Source: the human T2T-CHM13v2.0 reference genome, Homo sapiens. From it: 64,000 bases of DNA. The stretch lies in the NCBI RefSeq assembly GCF_009914755.1, contig NC_060947.1. One strand, written 5' to 3'. Below the pieces are notes generated by a model. The model ran no database searches. It saw only the letters and a list, made by a program, of their open reading frames with translations, and was not told the origin of the DNA. Shown piece after piece: positions 1 through 64,000 of this stretch (its first letter is position 1; every line of letters starts with the position of its first letter). The translations under genes were made by a program, and so were the position numbers.

Positions 1-593
1 GGAAAGGGTGTATACTCAGATAATATAATAATTTACATGCATAAGAATGTGTATATTAGCACACATGTGCATTTTTATATCAAAACCAGCTATAATTTGT
101 TTTGTTTCCTCTTTATTCTTCCTTTAATGAGAGTGATTGATAGATGTCAGTATGCTATTTGAAAATCAATGTCTTCACAGTGAATGATTCTAAAGTGGCT
201 TAATGGGAAAATGATACTTTCCGTGAATCATTGGTCACATAATATTGACCTTTAGCTTTGGCTCATATAACCAAGAATTTCTATTATGTAGCTTTTTCCT
301 GTCACTGCTGGGTACTTTGGCCCTTCCTTAAACTTTTTGAATGTAATTTAAGATTTTGTCCTTAGAAGGAAAATTCAGAAATATTTTTTCTCAATAAATT
401 TTGGTAAGTGATGACTTCTCATTTGTTTTCTTTATTAAAGCTGTATGTAGAGACATGGTAACCTATTCAGATTGTTTTGATAGTTTGAAATTCTGTTTAA
501 ATTATCCCTAAGATGAGAACTTAGCAAGAGTGCTTATATTTATCACAATTTTTTAAAGTCTGAAACGTTTTTGGTTTTTCTTTAGATCTTTAA

Positions 594-39907
<39,314 letters not shown>

Positions 39908-41205
39908 AATAACCAATCTGAATAAAACAGCCATGCTCCCAGGTGCATGATTCGCAGGTCAGCTATTTCCAGGTGAAGTGCTTATGGCTTAAGGAACTCT
40001 TGGCCATTCAAAGGACTTTTCATTTTGATTAACAGGACTAGCTTATCATGAGAGCCCTCAGGGGAAAGGGTTTAAGAAAAACAACTCCTCTTTCCCATAG
40101 TCAGAGTTGAATTTGTCAGGCACGCCTGAAATGTGCTCATAGCCAAAACATTTTACTCTCTCCTCCTAGAATGCTGCCCTTGACATTTCCCATTGCTGTA
40201 TGTTATTTCTTGCTCTGTTATCTTTTGCCCTCTTAGAATGTCCCTCTCTTGGGACTTGCTTAGATGATGGGATATGAATATTATTAGACAGTAATTTTGC
40301 TTTCCATCCAGTATGCTAGTTCTTATTCGAGAACTATGGTCAGAGCGTATTTGGATATGAGTATCCTTTGCTTATCTTTGTAGTACTGAAAATTTGCCGA
40401 AGTAACTGGCTGTGCAGAATGTAATAGAAGCTTTTCTTATTCTTTTATTCTTAAGATCAGTATCTTTTTACAGTATTCTTTCTACATGATCCTTTTTTGT
40501 ACATTTAAGAATATTTTGATTATATTAAACAAGACTGCTGATTTTGCTACTTTTTTTAAGGGGTCTTCAAGTAAGTAAAACATACATCGTAGCTAGAAGA
40601 AAAATGTACCTTAAATTTGCATCTTCCCTCTCATACCCAAGCTGTAAACAATTGAAATATTTTGTCTTAAATCACTTGGTTCAATACATGCTTATTTGTT
40701 TTAAAACCTGTATCATCAAACTCTCTCTCTAAATTTAAAATGCTGTTGAATATGATACTTTTGAGGAGAGAGTGTGCTCAGAACTTAGACGGGATTTGGT
40801 AGGCCAAGTATGCTAAGTGTACAATATATTTTTTAATTTTACACCTGAAACAAAGAAATGTGGTCACTAAAAATAAAAGTATATATGTAGGAATTAATGT
40901 ACTCTTGCTTTGTCAAGCTGTTTGCTATAGTTTCCAAGGTATTATGTTACTCTAACTCTGAAAAGTGATGTAATCTGGTAGCAATGTAGTAGTTCAAATA
41001 AAGGCATTTACATAATAATTAGTCTGTTCTTCATGCTTTTGTCTCTTAGGAAGTATGCCAATGTTTGTCAGGATTTTTTTCTTTTTGTTTTTCTGATGTA
41101 TTCTGTAAAATGGTGTTTGTTAAATTTGAGTTTTGGGAGCTGAATTAGAGGTACTGAATTAAGGACAGTACAAATGAAGTAAAAAGGTTTTCTCCAATTT
41201 ACCAA
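39908..41205 (+). other. PLS3: PLS3 3'UTR (end approximate) with several candidate poly(A) signals
   Basis: Repeat-free AU-rich stretch after the stop. AATAAA at 39921, 40872 and 40997; AGTAAA at 41178 followed by a U-rich downstream element. Confidence 0.7.
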
Positions 41206-41329
41206 AATTTCTTTATCCAGTTCCTGCTTTTTTCTTTCTTTTCCACCTCCCTCAGTCTTTTCAATGTTCTATGATATACATATCCTGAAACAGTGGGGAT
41301 CTGAACAGTCACAGAGGAGAAATGGTTCA

Positions 41330-41545
41330 TAGTAGATCTTCTCAATCTCATCCATATATGACATTTTTGGCTGGATAACTCTGTTGGGGTGGGGAGAAGG
41401 GGCTACCCTGTGCATTGTAGGAGGTTTAGCAGTATTACCGGCCTCTACCCACTAGATGTCAGCACATGCCCGGTGGTGTTGACCAAAATTGTCTCCAGAC
41501 ATAACCAAATGTCTCCTGGGTGGCAAAATCATCCCTTGTGGACAA
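41330..41545 (-). mobile_element. MER20 fragment
   Basis: gtgcattgtaggaggtttagcag...ggcctctacccactagatg...aaaattgtctccagacat. Confidence 0.8.
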
Positions 41546-42223
41546 TCAGTGCCCATTTAAGCCTTTGTGTGAATGAGTAATATAAGGTGTAGTCTACTGA
41601 GGATTTGGTTACATAGAGATACTATATAATACTTTGCATTTATAATCTGAGAGATGGAAAGGCCTTTTTAAATATCACCTGAATTCCAAAGACATAAAAT
41701 TAAAAAAGGATATATTTGACAACTCTACTTTTGCAAATATATATGTATAATAAAAAAGATCAAAATATAGATAACTAAAAAAGTGAGTTCAGTCTCAGAT
41801 TATAGATTCTTTTAATATAAAAATAGGATTTATGAGTGAAAAAAAGACAAATCTGCAAACATACTAGGGTAACTGATGAAGTAAGGACAATTACATCTTA
41901 AGACCTGTCTTATGCCTTGAATCTGCCATACTCATTCACGTTCATCTTCGTCGAAGTACAAAGGTTCTTCTCTGTAAGCCCTAACGCCTTGAAGTGCCTC
42001 TTTAACAAGATAGGAAAGATATATTACATGTGGCCCTTTCTTCAAAAAAGGAGCTGATTTCTTGGGTGGTTCACTATACAGGGCCCACAGCCTGTAGGAG
42101 TGTACCATGGGATAGTTAAGTGTTCATATAAAGCAGTGGACCTGACACACAATTTTTTTCCTCCAAAAACTAATTTCAACAAATAAGAATGTGGACCAAA
42201 ATTAGCAACACATTCAGAATTCT

Positions 42224-42945
<722 letters not shown>

Positions 42946-42959
42946 AAATAAAGATGATA

Positions 42960-45985
<3,026 letters not shown>

Positions 45986-46526
45986 GACTCTTTTTACAAG
46001 GTCCCATGAGTTGAGCCTTACTTGCTACTAGACCTTGGTGAGCTTATCAAGAGTCTAGACTAGAATTTTACCTCTCACACCAAGAAATGTCACATACTTG
46101 ATAAAATTTAACCTTCTTAGTAAGTGACTTTGTGATCTGATTCCTGTCTAGCCCTGTCTCTTACTACTCAATGCCATTCTCAAATTGTGTACCCACAAAT
46201 ATACAAGCACACATTGTTTACACATGCACACACACACACATACACATATATTTTGACTAAATGAGATGCCAGTAAATTTGAGCTACTTTTTTTAGCAAGA
46301 GATATGCAAAACACACATGCTCACACTAACTCTGAATTTATACTGTTGTTGCCTATACCTTGAGCTGGAGTTGGAGGATGAAATGCAATCACGATATGGT
46401 GTGAGGAACCAAATGGCCAACAATTTAAATATGCACAAAGGTCTCTCATTTATTCTAAGCAGAATGTCTGCTAATTCTGTAAGAATATATGTGTGACTTG
46501 AATGGTTTGCATCTCATTAAATTTAA

Positions 46527-50977
<4,451 letters not shown>

Positions 50978-50999
50978 TAAATATGCAGGAGAATATCTT

Positions 51000-55012
<4,013 letters not shown>

Positions 55013-55137
55013 TTACAGTTGATTCTTCCATAAACTAGAATAGTATGAAGCCTCTTAAAAGTTATATTTTTATCAATATTAGTGACATTTATATGTGCCC
55101 CCATAGATTGTAAAATCTCATTTTTAAAAGATAAACA

Positions 55138-56698
<1,561 letters not shown>

Positions 56699-56711
56699 AA
56701 AAGATAAACAA

Positions 56712-58623
<1,912 letters not shown>

Positions 58624-58644
58624 TAATAGAAAGTTTTATCTGCT

Positions 58645-59014
58645 TGTCTTTGTCCATTTGCTGCTGCTGAAATGGGGCAATTTATGAAAAACAAAAAACA
58701 AAACAAAACAAAAAAACAGAGATTTATTTCTCATAGTTCTGGAGGATGGGAAGTCCAAGATCAAGGTGCTGACATCTTGTGAGGGCTTTGTGTTGCTTCA
58801 TTTCATGGAGGAAGGCTGAAAAGGAAGAGAGCATGAGAGAGCAAAAGGGAAGGATGCCAAACTCATTGTTTCATGAGGAACCCAATCCTATGATAATGGC
58901 ATTGATCCATTCATGAGGGCTCTGCCCTCTTAAATGTCCCACCTCTCAGCACTGTTGCATTGGAGATTAAGTTTCTAACACGTGAACTTTGGGGAACACA
59001 TTCAAACCATGGCA
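58645..59014. mobile_element. MaLR solo LTR (MST/MLT1A-like)
   Basis: TG...CA termini; gatttatttctcatagttctggagg, aagtccaagatcaaggtgc, ttggggaacacattcaaaccat; perfect 5-bp TSD ctgct at 58640-58644 and 59015-59019. Confidence 0.88.
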
Positions 59015-59039
59015 CTGCTTATAAAATGTTTTAGTTTTC

Positions 59040-61534
<2,495 letters not shown>

Positions 61535-61557
61535 TCAAATAAAAATCTAGAGACTAC

Positions 61558-62208
<651 letters not shown>

Positions 62209-62529
62209 TCTAGAGACTAAACTTCTCTGATGATGAGTTCTTTGATGTTGCTAACTTTACTGAGTCACAATGTATTCAACACAATTGTGAGGCAGAGGAG
62301 AAAATTTAGGATACCAGGTGGTCCCTCATGCTCAAGTTCAGCCTGCTATGGAAGCCTTCAATTAAATTTCTAACAGTCTTTCCAGACTTGAAAATACTCA
62401 TTCATGCATGATATTTAACACTTTTTAAATAATGATTTGAGGTTGTATAGATGTTACAACTTTGGAAGATAACTCAGTTCAGTAAGAGTGGAAAAAAGTC
62501 TTTGCTTTTGACATTATAAAAGTAGAAAA

Positions 62530-63788
62530 AAAGAGAGCAGCAGATCTCCCAGCATGGTGCTCGAGCTCTGCTAATGGACAGACAGCCTCCTCAAGTGGCT
62601 CCTTGACGCCCATGCCTCCTGACTAGGAGACACCTCCCAGCAGGGGTTGACAGACATCTCATACAGGAGAGCTCCGGCTGGCATCTGGCAGGTGCCCCTC
62701 TGGGGTGAAACTTCCAGAGGAAGGAACAGGCAGCAATTGTCTGCATGGAGGAGCACGTTCTGCAACCTCTGCTGGTGATACCCAGCAAAACAGGGTCTGG
62801 AGTGGACCTCCAGCAAACTCCAGGAGACCTGCAGCAGAGGGGCCTGACTGTTAGAAGGAAAACTAACAAACAGAAAGGAATACCATCAACATCAACAAAA
62901 AGGACATCCACACAAAAACCCCATCCGAAGGTCACCAACATCAAAGGCCAAAGGTAGATAAATCCATGAAGATGAGAAAAAACCAGTGCAAAAAGGCTGA
63001 AAATGCCAAAACCCAGAATGCCTCTACTCCTCCAAAGGATCACAACTCTATGCCAGCAAGGGGGCAAAACTGGACGGAGAATGAGTTTGATGAATTGACA
63101 GAGGTAGGCTTCAGGAGGTGGGTAATAACAAACTCCTCCAAGCTAAAGGAGCACGTCCTAACCCAATGCAAGGAAACTAAGAACCTTGAAAAAAGGTTAG
63201 ATGAATTGATAACTAGAATAATTAGTTTAGAGAAGAACATAAGTTACCTGACGGAACTGAAAAACACAGCACGAGAACTTTGTGAAGCATACAGAAGTAT
63301 CGATAGCTGAATCATCAAGTAGAAGAAAGGATATCAGAGATTGAAGATCAACTTAATGAAATAAAGCATGAAGACAAGATTAGAGAAAAAAGAATGAAAA
63401 GGAAAGAACAAAGCCTCCAAGAAGTATGGGACCATGGAAAAGATCAAACCTACGTTTGACTGGTGTACCTGAAAGTGACTGGGAGAATGGAAGCAAGTTC
63501 GAAAACACTCTTTAGGATATTATCCAGGAGAACTTCCCCAACCTACCAACACAGGCCAAAATTCAAATTCAGGAAATACAGAGAACACCACAAAGATACT
63601 CCTTGAGAAGAGCAACCCCAAGACACATAATTGTCAGATTCACCAAGGTTGAAATGAAGGAAAAAATGTTAACGGCAGCCAGAGAGAAAGGTCGGGTTAC
63701 CCACAAAGGGAAGCCCATCAGACTAACAGCAGATCTCTTGGCAGAAAACCTACAAGCCAGAAGAGAGTGGGGGCCAATATTCAACATT
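62530..63788 (+). mobile_element. Older primate LINE-1 (about L1PA7-13): part of 5'UTR and disrupted ORF1
   Basis: MRKNQCKKAEN...WTENEFDELTEVGFRRWVITN and RATPRHIIVRFTKVEMKEKML...GKPIRLTADL are L1 ORF1p; stops at 63308 and beyond. Confidence 0.92.

Positions 63789-64000
<212 letters not shown>

Noticed and set aside
1-585. Possible PLS3 promoter
   Set aside because: AT-rich and CpG-poor, ending in a splice acceptor at 584-585; this is the end of intron 1.

Overview
This is human/great-ape genomic DNA carrying all 15 coding exons (exons 2-16) of PLS3 (plastin-3/T-plastin, an X-linked actin-bundling protein with EF-hands and four CH domains) on the + strand. The spliced CDS runs from ATG 594 to TAA 39907. 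Exon lengths sum to 1893 nt (630 aa plus stop), every intron is GT-AG, and a ~1.3 kb 3'UTR follows. The non-coding first exon and promoter lie upstream of the window. Introns are dense in Alu, MIR, L2 and MER20 fragments. Downstream (42-64 kb) is almost entirely retroelement-derived: old L1M fragments broken by Alus, a PHF5A processed pseudogene, an ASS1 processed pseudogene with a clean TSD, a MaLR solo LTR, a young 5'-truncated L1PA and an older L1PA 5'UTR/ORF1. Almost all ORFs in the supplied track are Alu, L1 or low-complexity artefacts. The observations least explained by standard annotation are: (1) a ~550 bp intragenic duplication (29 kb copied to 4 kb) shaped like an Alu 3'-transduction; (2) a 27-nt in-frame microexon between exons 8 and 9 resembling the end of exon 8; (3) a 32-nt locally templated filler at an Alu tail, copied from 6.2 kb away; (4) a strong CTCF motif and an AP-1 cluster. 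No CRISPR array, tRNA or rRNA was seen. I found no convincing new multi-gene system; the novelty is at the level of splicing and mutational mechanism. Repeat boundaries and subfamily calls were read by eye and are approximate.
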